DNA of 63,752 nucleotides, filler included, from Octopus bimaculoides (Eukaryota), in NCBI RefSeq assembly GCF_001194135.2. It is 5 parts of 3 records of this genome, joined end to end, with 100 filler letters (N's around TTAATTAATTAA, not from the genome) between each part and the next. Parts side by side here need not be neighbours in the genome. Positions count along the whole stretch, not along the records: positions 24,118 to 28,800 come from NC_068982.1; positions 28,901 to 32,491 come from NC_068989.1; positions 32,592 to 52,149 come from NC_068982.1; 2 more parts are not named here. One strand, 5' to 3'. Each line of letters starts with the position of its first letter. The stretch's first letter is position 1. Under the pieces are notes generated by a model. It worked only from the letters and a program-made list of their open reading frames with translations. It ran no database searches and had not been told where the DNA came from. This document shows positions 25,400 through 37,304 of the stretch, one piece after another. The translations under genes and the position numbers were made by a program.

Positions 25400-25900
25400 A
25401 CATACAAACATATACCAAATACACAGACGAACGGAAAACATAGAAGGTCACCAACTCGTCTTCCGTTATCGGCCAGAGGGCCGAGCACAATTTCGGCCAT
25501 TATCGATAATATTACTTCCACTCTGGAGGCACCGACAAAAAACTTGCCGGGAATGGGACCTAAAATAACGAAATGAGACGGGCTCTAGACGAGACCGTTA
25601 GTGGACGAACGAGGGACAAAACAACAATAAAGGCTTAGAGCTACACGAGGACAACAATTAAAATGATAATAATACATATACAACAACAAAACAAGCCTTG
25701 GGGCTGCAAGACAAGACGAAAATGGGTAACGCGAAGGAAAAATGAAAATCTGTCCTAAAGGACTATAGACGGTGGTGGTGGGATAGTGGTGGGTGACCAA
25801 AGAGCTCGTAAAATCGTGACCAGTCCAGTCGAAGGCAAGGCGAAAAAGAATGACACCATCTTAAGCCGTCACAAATCACGTGATAGTGGGAGGAGAGTAA
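25400..25900 (-). promoter_or_regulatory. CpG-rich promoter or first-exon-like region
   Basis: ATCACGTGAT 25875-25884, YY1-like CCATCTT 25856-25862, non-repetitive CpG-rich sequence. The gene is not identified. Confidence 0.4.
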
Positions 25901-25918
25901 CATAGATAGACAGACGGC

Positions 25919-25949
<31 letters not shown>

Positions 25950-25984
25950 GAAATTAAGAGAAGCGAGTCGGGTCATATATATAC

Positions 25985-26023
<39 letters not shown>

Positions 26024-26114
26024 GGAGTAAGCACATAAATATGAAACAAGGTGGAAAAAAGAGTACTCAAATACTAGAGGTAGAGTAATATGCTTTATTC
26101 AGAAGCAGCAGAAA

Positions 26115-26174
26115 TATAACAAAAGGTGTTATTCAGAGTTTCATGTTCCCGTTCGTCGGACAGGTTTTGTTATA
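26115..26174 (-). ncRNA. Hammerhead-like motif with CCGACGA core in a short interspersed repeat
   Basis: Minus strand TATAACAAAA-C-CTGT-CCGACGA-ACG GGAA CAT-GAAA-CTCTGAA-TA-ACAC-C-TTTTGTTATA: 10-bp distal and 3-bp proximal stem I, mismatches in stems II and III. Confidence 0.5.
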
Positions 26175-26537
26175 CACATATATATACATAAGACCGTCAT
26201 AAAAATATCAGTGACAAATTCTACGATCAAATCTTTTTGTTAATTGGCTTTTGTAATGACTGTTTCATTAGCAACAATTATAACATATGTACCATTGTTG
26301 TGTAAGTTTGTTAATTGTACATGCATGGTCAGTTGATTGAGACGGAAAAAAAATGACAAAAGAACGCAAACTAAAATATCTAGTTCATCCGGAAGAATCA
26401 AGTTTATTGCTGTTTGAATGTATAACTAATAGATATAATTTCATCCAGTATTTTCTTATAGAGCGCGCGCACGCGAGCACACACACACACACACACGTTT
26501 ACGAAATGAGGTGCAAGGCAGAAAAGCTGTTTATTGT

Positions 26538-26540
26538 GGG

Positions 26541-26638
<98 letters not shown>
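26538..26638. repeat. (GTT)n-(ATT)n microsatellite
   Basis: Directly visible trinucleotide tract. Confidence 0.95.
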
Positions 26639-26639
<1 letters not shown>

Positions 26640-27319
26640 GTTCGACTTGAAATACATTTCTTTTTGACGTTTGGAGAAAATGTGTAGGTATTTATTGACC
26701 AAAGCTTTCTTTTCTTTTCACTATGAGTTGGAAACCGGTTTATTTCTTGTGAAAAAAAAAAATTAAAAGAAAGGTAATTAAAAACAGAAACAAACTAACG
26801 CCTATATGATAAATACTTACTTATGTGCTAGCGATCGAAATATTCGGAAGTGTATAAAGAACATTTCATTTTCAGACCATGTAAGTCCTCAAGTTCACTT
26901 CAACTGGAAGGAAGTGAGAGAAAAGCAACATAAAATCTTGGTTTATTTTGTTGAACAGATCCTGAAAGAAGAGTTTTCTTTAAAGTGTTTTGTGGATTAT
27001 CTTATATGTTATATAGTTATGTTTTCCATTAAGGCTGATTTGTATGTGGTTATATTTACCATCATATGCTTTACGGCAGTTAAAGGTAGGTGATTTGTTT
27101 GTTTCTACAAGTAATATCGTATGTTATTTGTCTGTCTGTCATCTCTCTCTCTCTCTCTTCGTTATTCTTGATCGCTTTCTCTGTCTCATACAGTCCATCT
27201 CCTAGTTGGTTTACCAATCTGTCTACTTGTCTGCTTTATTTCTCAGTACACCTGTATGTTCTGTCACTGTTTGCATGTTAATGTAACTTCACAGTATACA
27301 GTAGACTAGACGTTTATAT

Positions 27320-27813
27320 CAGGGGTAGGGAAACTTTTTAGTATGGCGGGCAAAAATCCCCCCCCCCCAAAGGTCCGCGAGCGGATCACAAGTTCTAACT
27401 TTTATATCTGTGTAAATCTTGTATATATCTATGTATAATTCTATATACATTGATAAGGATAAGTTTAACACATTAAATTAACACGTAACATCTTGATTAA
27501 CGCCGCCACTGAATTTGTGACGTTTATATTTTTCAGCTAGAGTGTAGTTGAGTCTCAAGGGGGTGGTTCAAACCTAGCAATATATGTTTTATAGTGAAAA
27601 CAAAATTTCCATTCAAATAGCAATTACCGGACGATTTTCTGTTCGAGTCTATCCGTTTTAAGTCGTATTGGAAACGCGACCTATGTCGCAAAAAGGCATA
27701 CGGGTATTGTATAATTTTTATAATTGAAAAATTGACTATATTTTGTACATATGAGTATACCAATCTGCGGGCGCAATAAAATGGGCTTGCGGGCGGGGGT
27801 TTCCCTACTCCTG
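27320..27813. mobile_element. hAT MITE, complete
   Basis: TIRs CAGGGGTAGGGAAAC / GTTTCCCTACTCCTG (one mismatch) and a perfect 8-bp TSD GTTTATAT at 27312-27319 and 27814-27821. Confidence 0.9.
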
Positions 27814-27900
27814 GTTTATATATTTCTTTTGCTAGATTCCTGATGTGAAATCGTATGTTGAAATAGATATTTTTATATTTCCGTATGGTCATTTTTTTCC

Positions 27901-28143
27901 CCAAATAAACACATGCACTATATATTCACTCGTCACTTCAGATTTATCATCGTTCTTGTTTTATGTCCTTTGTCTAGAAATCTTTCGTCAGAACGAACTA
28001 AACAGAACAGGAGGAGACAAGTGGGATGGAGGGCTGCTGAAGAGGTCACAGGACGTGTGAAGATTTCTAGACAAAAGACATAAAATAAGAACAACAATAA
28101 AACTGAAGATAAGAACGAATATACAGTGCGTGTGTTTATTTGG
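27901..28143. repeat. Imperfect inverted repeat, 84-bp arms with a 75-bp spacer
   Basis: 27901-27984 is the reverse complement of 28060-28143 (tttctagacaaa.gacataaaa.aagaac...tgtgtttatttgg). Confidence 0.8.
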
Positions 28144-28186
28144 TAGATTAAACGCTAACTTCAAGTAATAATTATAATAATGATAT

Positions 28187-28256
<70 letters not shown>

Positions 28257-28269
28257 AATAATAACGAAG

Positions 28270-28510
28270 AAGGTGAAGATAATGCCAATTCGTGTTGGTT
28301 CCTTTGGAACAGCATCAAAAAGCATCAAGCGGAATATAAAGGAAATTGGAACAGAGTGCCCAGTAGAACTGTTACAAAAGCTTTGCCTCGTTGGAATGGC
28401 CAGAAGAATCAAGAAAGTATTAGATCACTGAAAAGAACGGATAGCATGGTAGCATAGGCTGCAGGTAGCAAGCCCGCTACGCATGCAAAACTCCTGGAGT
28501 TCCAACAAAA
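28270..28510 (+). mobile_element. R4/Dong-clade 3' end (second subfamily)
   Basis: VKIMPIRVGSFGTASKSIK...LLQKLCLVGMARRIKKVLDH* followed by a UTR, flanked by (TAA)n on both sides. Confidence 0.7.
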
Positions 28511-28535
28511 CCTGTCATATAAAGAAATAATGATG

Positions 28536-28584
<49 letters not shown>

Positions 28585-28586
<2 letters not shown>

Positions 28587-28800
28587 GCAATATAACACTA
28601 GATAAAGCCAATGAAATAAGAGAACTAGACGAAAGCCAACCATACAAATATTTAGGAGTCAATGAACTAGATAGGATACAACATACACAAATGAAAGAAA
28701 AAATGAAAAAAGAGTACTATAGACGAGTTAGATCAATACTAAAAACAGAGCTCAATGCTAAAAACAAGATAATGGGTATCAACACTTTAGCTGTCCCAGT
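28585..28800 (+). mobile_element. R4/Dong RT fragment
   Basis: SNITLDKANEIRELDESQPYKYLGVNELDRIQHTQMKEK..., highly similar to 17975-18195; starts in (TAA)n and runs into a gap. Confidence 0.85.
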
Positions 28801-29169
28801 NNNNNNNNNNNNNNNNNNNNNNNNNNNNNNNNNNNNNNNNNNNNTTAATTAATTAANNNNNNNNNNNNNNNNNNNNNNNNNNNNNNNNNNNNNNNNNNNN
28901 TGGCAAAGATAAGTAGAAATTAATAAAGAAAATTAAAAAAAGGAAAGTAAAATTTTGTCTAACAAACCGTGAAAGGCGATTAATATTTGATGACGGAATC
29001 CACTGATTTCGAAAAAGAATTATTTCCATTTCTTGAAAATTGGAGTAAACAAAATTTGGACGGCATGAGAGATGCTGTGTTATGGGGGTATGTTTAAGAG
29101 AAGAGCGGGGTGTGGTGGGTATAGTAAGAATAACATATCGGACAAAAATGATGGGGGAGAGAGAGGGAA

Positions 29170-29172
29170 GGT

Positions 29173-29219
<47 letters not shown>

Positions 29220-29407
29220 GAATAGATGGATGAATAGATGGATGGATGGATGGATGGATGGATGGATGGATGAATTGACAGACAGACGTACGGACGCATG
29301 GACGGACAGACAGACAGACAGTCAGACAGACAGACGAATGGATGGATAGATGGATGGACGGACTGACAGACAGACGGACGGACAAACCGACAGACAAACA
29401 GACAGAC

Positions 29408-29445
<38 letters not shown>

Positions 29446-29580
29446 GTAGATAGATAGATAGATAGACAGAGGGACAGATGAATAGACGGATGGGGGTACA
29501 GACGGACGGACGGACGAAAAGACAGATAGCAGACAGACAGACGGACACAGATAGATAGATAGAGAGAGAGGGGGGGAGAA

Positions 29581-29623
<43 letters not shown>

Positions 29624-29670
29624 CAAAGAGAGACAGACAGACAGACAGACAGACACAGATAGATAGATAT
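29170..29670. repeat. Compound (GATA)/(GATG)/(GACA)/(GA) microsatellite
   Basis: Directly visible; abuts the 3' end of the Tx1-like element. Confidence 0.95.
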
Positions 29671-31862
29671 GTTTCTTTATTAGCCACACAGGGCTCAACA
29701 CAGAGGGGACAAGGTACAAAGTAGAGCTTTTCTTTTGGGAGGAAGGAGTGAGAAAAAAGGGGGAGTAGGGGGTAGATTTTCGATCAAAAGGGATCGTAAA
29801 GAGAGAGAGAGAGAGAGAGAAAGGTGATCAAAAGGGATCGTGTATCACAGCAATGTTCTGGTGTAAAAGGGGCAACAGTTTAGGCTTATCCGTGAAAAGA
29901 AAAGCCAACGGAAAAGACCACGGTAACCTTGGCCAATATTTTCATTGTCATTGTCATTGAAAAAAAAACACATTACAGTGACTCTCTTTTTACCTTTTTT
30001 TTTTATCTCGTTTATAGGATTATGCTCAAGGTGGCTTCGTCATTCACATGTGCCATCCTTGCTACATTCACCCATCTTTTTTTGAAACATTCACTTGACA
30101 AAACGTCCCTCTCTACTCTCATCTTCATCTTCAAGTGATACTTGAAGAAGTTGATGAGAGATTCACCAGAGAGCAAAGTGTTTGTCTCAAGACCTTTCAG
30201 ACGCGTCCACCATACGCATTCTTTCGCCATAGCCACAAGTACGATGAAAATGGCTCTTCCATCCCGTTTCAAAGAAGGGGGCGCGACAATATTCACAATA
30301 GACTCGGTTGATAGACCGACTCGTCCCACACGCGATAGCAGTCGTTTGACATAGGCCCACAGATCAGAAATGGTTGGACACTGTACGACCGCATCTCGGG
30401 CAGGTCGGCCCCGTGTTTCTCGAGCCATGCCTGTAGAGCTTATCCCGAACGGGTAGCGCTTCTCGATAGCACTNNNNNNNNNNATGCCTGTAGAGCTTAT
30501 CCCGAACGGGTAGCGCTTCTCGATAGCACTGCCAGGCCAGGGATCTCTGGAAGTTGTCCATAGGTCTCGACCTAATCCCCTATAGAATGCATTGGTTGTG
30601 TTGATGTCGCTCAAGGTCGACCCAGGACGGCATAGTTGCTCGAGAGCAACGCGACACTCGCGGTGCCATTCGCCCTTCCACGGCCTCCTCTGTTTGATCC
30701 ATGACTGCATTTCGGCCATGGAGACGTGCTGCGGGAAAGCGCGCCTCACAAACGGTGACCACACCTGTTCTCCGTCGTCTACGTAGAGCCGGAGATGTCA
30801 CCGTCTCAGTGCGTGTCTGCGCATCATCAACCACGGCATGCCCAACCCTCCTTTTAACGGGTGTTGACAGTAAACAGATCGCCTGACTATTGGAACGCAT
30901 CCTTTCCATAAGAACCGGAAGAGAATGCGTTCTAGTTTGGTGATGGTATGGTCGGGACAAGGCACGACTGTCAGACGGTAGTAGATGACAGATGCGATAT
31001 ACGTGTTCACCACCTCCGCCCGACCTTTTAGGGACAGCTTCTCGGCCTATTGCCGGGAGAGAATGACCACTCTACTCGTNNNNNNNNNNNNNNNNNNNNN
31101 NNNNNNNNNNNNNNNNNNNNNNNNNNNNNNNNNNNNNNNNNNNNNNNNNNNNNNNNNNNNNNNNNNNNNNNNNNNNNNNNNNNNNNNNNNNNNNNNNNNN
31201 NNNNNNNNNNNNNNNNNNNNNNNNNNNNNNNNNNNNNNNNNNNNNNNNNNNNNNNNNNNNNNNNNNNNNNNNNNNNNNNNNNNNNNNNNNNNNNNNNNNN
31301 NNNNNNNNNNNNNNNNNNNNNNNNNNNNNNNNNNNNNNNNNNNNNNNNNNNNNNNNNNNNNNNNNNNNNNNNNNNNNNNNNNNNNNNNNNNNNNNNNNNN
31401 NNNNNNNNNNNNNNNNNNNNNNNNNNNNNNNNNNNNNNNNNNNNNNNNNNNNNNNNNNNNNNNNNNNNNNNCGGACCGAACATGCAATGTCGAAAGGTCT
31501 CGATAGATGTTCATTTACGAGAATTACAGAACGGATGCCTTTGTACAAAGCAGCTATCCAGCCGCTATGAGAACAACCTCCAAGTATCGATGATCTACCC
31601 TATCAAAAGCTTTGGGTTGATCCAAATTGATCAGGGCCACACCTATCTATGATGTAGCGCATAAGATGGAGGTTGTCATGGATGCTCCGGCCCGGCACGG
31701 CGCACGTTTGCGCCTTGTCGACCAGTTTCTCGATGACAAGCGCCAACCTCTTGGCTAACACCTTGGCCAAAATTTTCAAGTCTGCATTGAGCAGTGATAG
31801 GCCTAAAGTTATCTATTAGGTCCCCCTTGTTTGGATCTTTCTTCAGCAGCGTTACGGCTCCT
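29670..31862 (-). mobile_element. L1/Tx1-clade LINE, 5'-truncated and disrupted ORF2
   Basis: FRPI.LLNADLKILAKVLAKRL, KAFDRVDH, GGLGMP, LPVRDKL..CPRCG..QCP zinc knuckle; stop at 30012; AATAAA then a (TATC)n tail. Confidence 0.9.
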
Positions 31863-31883
31863 CAGGAATGCTCACAAATCCGG

Positions 31884-31990
31884 AAGTGCAAGTGGCTGAG
31901 CACTCCACAGACACATCTACTCTTAACGTAGTTCTCAGGGAGATTCAGTGTGACACAGGATGTGACAAAACTGGCCCTTCGAAATACAGG
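31884..31990 (-). mobile_element. SINE family C internal fragment
   Basis: Similar to 40421-40525. Confidence 0.7.
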
Positions 31991-32360
31991 TCCTACTCAT
32001 GTTTTTTGCCAGCTAAGTGGACTGGAGCAGCGCGAAACAAAGTTATGAGCAATAAAGTCTCGTGCCATGCCGTAAAGATATGTGGTGGTCATATGTGATG
32101 GTCGAGGAAGGCTGTAGAGGTGATAATGTTAAAGATAACAAAATTGTCGTGAATAGTTGTAGCTTGATATTCATTCCATTGGAGCCTGTTGAAGTGGATT
32201 AATAGTGGACAGACATACATACATCAAACTCCCTTTTCTTAGCTCTCCTGAAAAAAGAATTTCTAACTTCCGGTCAGCCATTATTAGCCATTATTATGAC
32301 TGACCGTTGACTGAACACTATTCAATTTTTTTCTCCGTGTTTTTCTCCTTGTCTCCGTAT

Positions 32361-32397
32361 TCTTTCTGTTGAAGAGCGTAGCTCGAAACGTCAAAGA
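32361..32397 (+). ncRNA. Minimal type I hammerhead motif with CTGTTGA core
   Basis: TCTTT-CTGTTGA-A-GAG CGTAG CTC-GAAA-CG-TC-AAAGA: perfect stems I and II, palindromic ACGT in place of stem III, GUC site. Confidence 0.7.
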
Positions 32398-32592
32398 CTT
32401 TCCGTATTCCCGAGCGTCATACTAATACATCTTTTTGTTATTTATACCACCTGTCCTCGTCTGTTGTTTTTTCGTACATTCTCCCATATATNNNNNNNNN
32501 NNNNNNNNNNNNNNNNNNNNNNNNNNNNNNNNNNNTTAATTAATTAANNNNNNNNNNNNNNNNNNNNNNNNNNNNNNNNNNNNNNNNNNNNT

Positions 32593-32803
32593 GAATTACA
32601 GGCACAACAGAAACAGGAAGAAAGAGTGAGAGAAAGTTGTGGTGAAAGAGTACAGCAGGGTTCGCCACCATCCCCTGCTGGAGCCTCGTGAAGCTTTTGG
32701 TGTCTTCACTCAATAAACACTCACAACGCCCGGTCTGGGAATCGAAACCGCGATCCTATGACCGCGAGTCCGCTATCCTAACCACTGGGCCATTGCGCCT
32801 CTA
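32593..32803 (-). mobile_element. tRNA-derived SINE family C, 5' half
   Basis: Nearly identical to 40515-40724; cut by a gap. Confidence 0.85.
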
Positions 32804-32851
32804 ACATACATACATACATACATACAAACAAAAAAAGCAAACAAACAAGAG

Positions 32852-33172
32852 TGAGCTGAAAAATTTCATAGGCTGACTATGAAGGAATGATACTAGAGCT
32901 GTCAAATCTTGTATGTATTACTTTCAACTGTTCTTATTGATAACTGCATTGTTCCTTCCCAGGTAAACTGTTCAAAGAAGACTTCAAAAGTAACTAGTAG
33001 CAACTTCTCATGATAATGGACAAAATTTTGCACTGTTGTGTTATCAAGAACCTTCAGGAAAAGGATTTTGTCCCTTTGGACATACATACTGACACTGTTG
33101 CTATATTAGGTGATGATGCACCAGATTTATCAACAGTGCAAAAGTGGGCAGCTGAATTTAGGAAAAGGGTAT
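32852..33172 (+). mobile_element. Mariner transposon 5' fragment
   Basis: MDKILHCCVIKNLQEKDFVPLDIHTDTVAILGDDAPDLSTVQKWAAEFRK (33016-33170) resembles the mariner N-terminal HTH domain. Confidence 0.75.
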
Positions 33173-33239
33173 GCACCACCAGGTATCAAACTCACAACCT
33201 TATGATCATAAGCTAAATTCCCTAATAACTAAGCCACAT

Positions 33240-33595
33240 GCCTTCACATACATACATACACACATACATACACACATACATACATACATACATACACACA
33301 CACACATACATACATACATACATACATACATACATGCATACATATATACATGCATGCATACATACATATACACATTCGCATACATACATACATGTATGCA
33401 TACATACATGCATACATACATGCATACATATATATATATACATACATACATACATATACACATTCGCATACATACATACATACATACATACATACATACA
33501 TGTATGCATACATACATACATGCATACATATATACATACATACATACATACATACATACAAAAATACATACATACAAACATACATACATATATCT
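33240..33595. repeat. (TACA)n-rich compound microsatellite
   Basis: Directly visible; explains the YIHT/MYVC pseudo-ORFs. Confidence 0.95.
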
Positions 33596-35071
33596 CTGCC
33601 TGTATGTGCATGTGTGTGAGCACGTGCATGTCTCTGCGTAAATATATTTGTCTAAGCATATGTATGTAGGCGTGTGTGTATACGTATTGTGAAAAAATCT
33701 GGAAGAGATTGAAGGAAGAGCAAATCTGAATTGAAAGATGACAATTACAAAAATGAAAGAAACTAACCTAAACAATGAAACATAACCTTCTCCGCCTTCT
33801 CCTACCATTATTTATTTATTTATTTATTCTTGTATACTAGATTCTGTAGTCATTTTCTATCTTCCACAGAGACCTTAACTTTTGTCTCACAACTGCACCC
33901 TTGCTGATGGATGACAGATGGATGTTAGAAAGGGCTCTGGACCTACCACATTCATTTAAGATTGACATTTGCAATGTAGACATTAACAAAGGAAGCTTGA
34001 GATGTAATCTCTAGGGAGTGAGCAGGTAATGAACTGGGGAACACGAAGTTGGAGCTTGTATTGTATCTAACACCACCCATGGAAAAGATGGCGCAGAACA
34101 TGTATGTTTTTTTTAACAAGTTATAAGCATCCCCTTATCATTCTAACCCACTGAAATGCAGTGAATGAGTAATTGAACTTTGAAAACTTATAAGCAATAA
34201 CTGTTACTTAGTATTGTTTACTTGATTCAGTCATTGGACTGTGGCCATGCTGGAGTCAGTGCCTTGATGGGCTTAGCCAGTCAAATAAATCTGATACTTT
34301 TGCCAAATCACTAAGTTATGTGGACATAACCATACGAACATCAGTTGTTAAGCAGAAGTGTGAGACAAACACAAACACCAAAAACACACACACATATATA
34401 AATATTTCTATGTATGTATGTATGCATGTATGTATGTATGTATGTATGTATGTATGTATGTATGTATGTATGTATGTATGTATGTATGTATGTATGTATG
34501 TATGTATGTATGTATGTANNNNNNNNNNNNNNNNNNNNNNNNNNNNNNNNNNNNNNNNNNNNNNNNNNNNNNNNNNNNNNNNNNNNNNNNNNNNNNNNNN
34601 NNNNNNNNNNNNNNNNNNNNNNNNNNNNNNNNNNNNNNNNNNNNNNNNNNNNNNNNNNNNNNNNNNNNNNNNNNNNNNNNNNNNNNNNNNNNNNNNNNNN
34701 NNNNNNNNNNNNNNNNNNNNNNNNNNNNNNNNNNNNNNNNNNNNNNNNNNNNNNNNNNNNNNNNNNNNNNNNNNNNNNNNNNNNNNNNNNNNNNNNNNNN
34801 NNNNNNNNNNNNNNNNNNNNNNNNNNNNNNNNNNNNNNNNNNNNNNNNNNNNNNNNNNNNNNNNNNNNNNNNNNNNNNNNNNNNNNNNNNNNNNNNNNNN
34901 NNNNNNNNNNNNNNNNNNNNNNNNNNNNNNNNNNNNNNNNNNNNNNNNNNNNNNNNNNNNNNNNNNNNNNNNNNNNNNNNNNNNNNNNNNNNNNNNNNNN
35001 NNNNNNNNNNNNNNNNNNNNNNNNNNNNNNNNNNNNNNNNNNNNNNNNNNNNNNNNNNNNNNNNNNNNNNN

Positions 35072-35280
35072 GAGCGTGGCCGTTTTCGTGCGGGTGACAC
35101 GTAAAAGCACCCACTACACTCTCTGAGTGGTTGGCGTTAGGAAGGGCATCCAGCTGTAGAAACTCTGCCAAATTAGATTGGAGCCTGGTGTTGCCATCCG
35201 GTTTCACCAGTCCTCAGTCAAATCGTCCAACCCACGCTAACATGGAAAGCGGACGTTAAACGATGATGATGATGATGATG
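35072..35280 (+). mobile_element. RTE-tail SINE or LINE 3' end (family E)
   Basis: gttggcgttaggaagggcatccagctgtagaaa...gtccaacccacgctaacatggaaagcggacgttaaa followed by a (TGA)n tail. Confidence 0.75.
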
Positions 35281-35287
35281 ATATATA

Positions 35288-36010
35288 TACACCCCCTCCT
35301 CCAGGTGACCCAGCTGGGGCTCATCAGACCTCAGCTTGTGTCCAGATGGCCAGCTAGCTACCCCATGGCTCTCCACTCTTGATTCACAGCCCTCTTGAGG
35401 CCCTCTCTGTTGCATTGGTGGTACTGTGGATGGCCTTTCTTTTTCTCACTCCCTCGATGCCCAAACTGCCGAAGGCTCTAGTCAGGGAACGGGCTGCAAA
35501 ACCCTTGCATCTAACCTCCACTGGGTGACACCTTGCTCTCCAACCAGCCCGCTGGCAGTCACTGACCAGACCCATGTACTTGGAGAGCTTTCTCTCAAAA
35601 GCTTCTTCCAAGCGATCTTCACATGAGACAGTCAGCTCCAGCAGCACCACTTGCTTGGTGGACTCAGACTTGAGGAGAATGTCTTGTCACAAAATGGTGA
35701 CCACAATGGGGCCAGAGAACTGGAGCTTTTCTTCTCCTCACCGAATCATCTAGCTGTAAAGCTCACAATGATTGTTGTCATAGCTTGTAGCTTCTTGTCA
35801 GCCTCTCCCTTTAGTGCTGCTTCTAAAATTTGGTCGACATTATCATCGAACTGCTTCCACAGTGAGGTCATGCTAGTTGGTGGCCATTTCATCCACCTCC
35901 TGTCAGATTTGATGCTCAGGGAATTAGTTTCCACCACTTGGAGGCTCCAGGCACTATGGGGTGACTCCAGGCCTGGCTCCTCCTGCGTCTCTGTTCATTC
36001 ACTAGAAGCG
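35288..36010 (-). mobile_element. Hero-like (R2 group) non-LTR element with the RT domain deleted
   Basis: RLE domain VVLLELTVSCEDRLEEAFERKLSKY..CHPVEV.CKGFAARS..ERASRGL joined directly to the pre-RT segment WPPTSMTSLWKQFDDNVDQILE. Confidence 0.75.
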
Positions 36011-36034
36011 ATAATTACAAGACTCAATACATTT

Positions 36035-36275
36035 CTTTTATCTTTTACTTGCTTCAGATATTTTGACTGTGGCCATGCTGGGGCACCATCTTGAAGGGTC
36101 TTTAGTCAAACAAACTGACTCCAGGACTTTTTTTTTTTTAACTCCTAGTACTTATTCTATCAGTCTTTTGCTGAACTGCTAAGTTATATGGACATAAATA
36201 CTTCAACATTGGCTGTCAAGCAGTGGTGATGGGCAAACACAGATACAGACACCCACACACATATACACATGCACA

Positions 36276-36322
<47 letters not shown>

Positions 36323-36515
36323 GTGCGTGTGCATGTGTGTGCATCTGTGTATGTGTATAGAATAGGCTTCTTTCAGTTTCTGTCTACCATATCCACTCAC
36401 AAGGCTTCGAGTGGCCTGAGGCTATAGTAGAAAACACTTGCCCAAGGTGTCATGCAGTGGGACTGAACCCGGAACCATGTGGTTAGGAAGCAAGCTTTTT
36501 ACCACATAGCTACAC
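36035..36515 (-). mobile_element. SINE family A
   Basis: Reverse complement of 16933-17308 with an expanded (CA)n tract. Confidence 0.85.
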
Positions 36516-37204
36516 CCTTACCTACATATATAGAGAGTATTCTTTAATATACATTATAACCAAAAGACTCTGATTTCCAGTACTCAGAGTTGCTCATTTC
36601 CAATCATCAGTTGGTAAATTAAACCCAGTTTTCTTTAGAAATATCCATTGTCTGAATGTTTTTTTGAAATATGAAATGGAAGTTTGAAGAAAACATTTAT
36701 CCTTATGTTTTTTGTTTAAAATCCTTTATGAATGACCAGTATTCAGTGTTTCCAAAATTTTTAAACAAAAGAATATAATGATAAGCATTTTCTTCAAACT
36801 GTTATTTCATTATCAATATTTAACATCCATGCTGGCATGGGTTGGAAGGTTTGATAGGAACTAGCACAGCCATGGGCCACACCAGGTTCCATAATCTGCT
36901 TTGGCTTGGTTTCTATATCTGGATACCATTCCTAATGCCAATAACTCTACAGAGTGTACTTGGTGCTTTTTATGTGGCACCATCACCAATGTTTTTTATG
37001 TGGCACCAGCAGTTCTGCTGTGGTGAGTGGGTTTTCTTGAATACAGCACTGTGCCACATATGCTGGTCCTCTGTCATCTCCGTTTCAAAAAACATTTAGA
37101 GTGGATATTTAAAAGTAATCCAGGCTCAGTTTACCAGCTGATGATCAGAAATGAGTTCTGGAAATCAGAGGCTTTTAGTTATATATATTTATATGCATAT
37201 ATAC

Positions 37205-37247
<43 letters not shown>

Positions 37248-37271
37248 TGTGTGTGTGTGTGTGTGTGTGTT

Positions 37272-37302
<31 letters not shown>

Positions 37303-37304
37303 TT

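Noticed and set aside
30424-30530. Tandem 47-bp duplication within the Tx1 ORF
   Set aside because: An exact copy on each side of a 10-N gap, most likely an unmerged contig overlap.
33870-34107. Plus-strand exon-like segment (acceptor at 33869, donors at 34026 and 34102, AAGATGGCG at 34085)
   Set aside because: All frames of 33870-34025 contain stops, the peptide MEKMAQN is unrecognised, and no partner exon was found.
37131-37180. CTGATGA-T-CAGAA/TTCTG-GAAA hammerhead-like core
   Set aside because: Stem II is good, but there is no UH site or stem I complement downstream.
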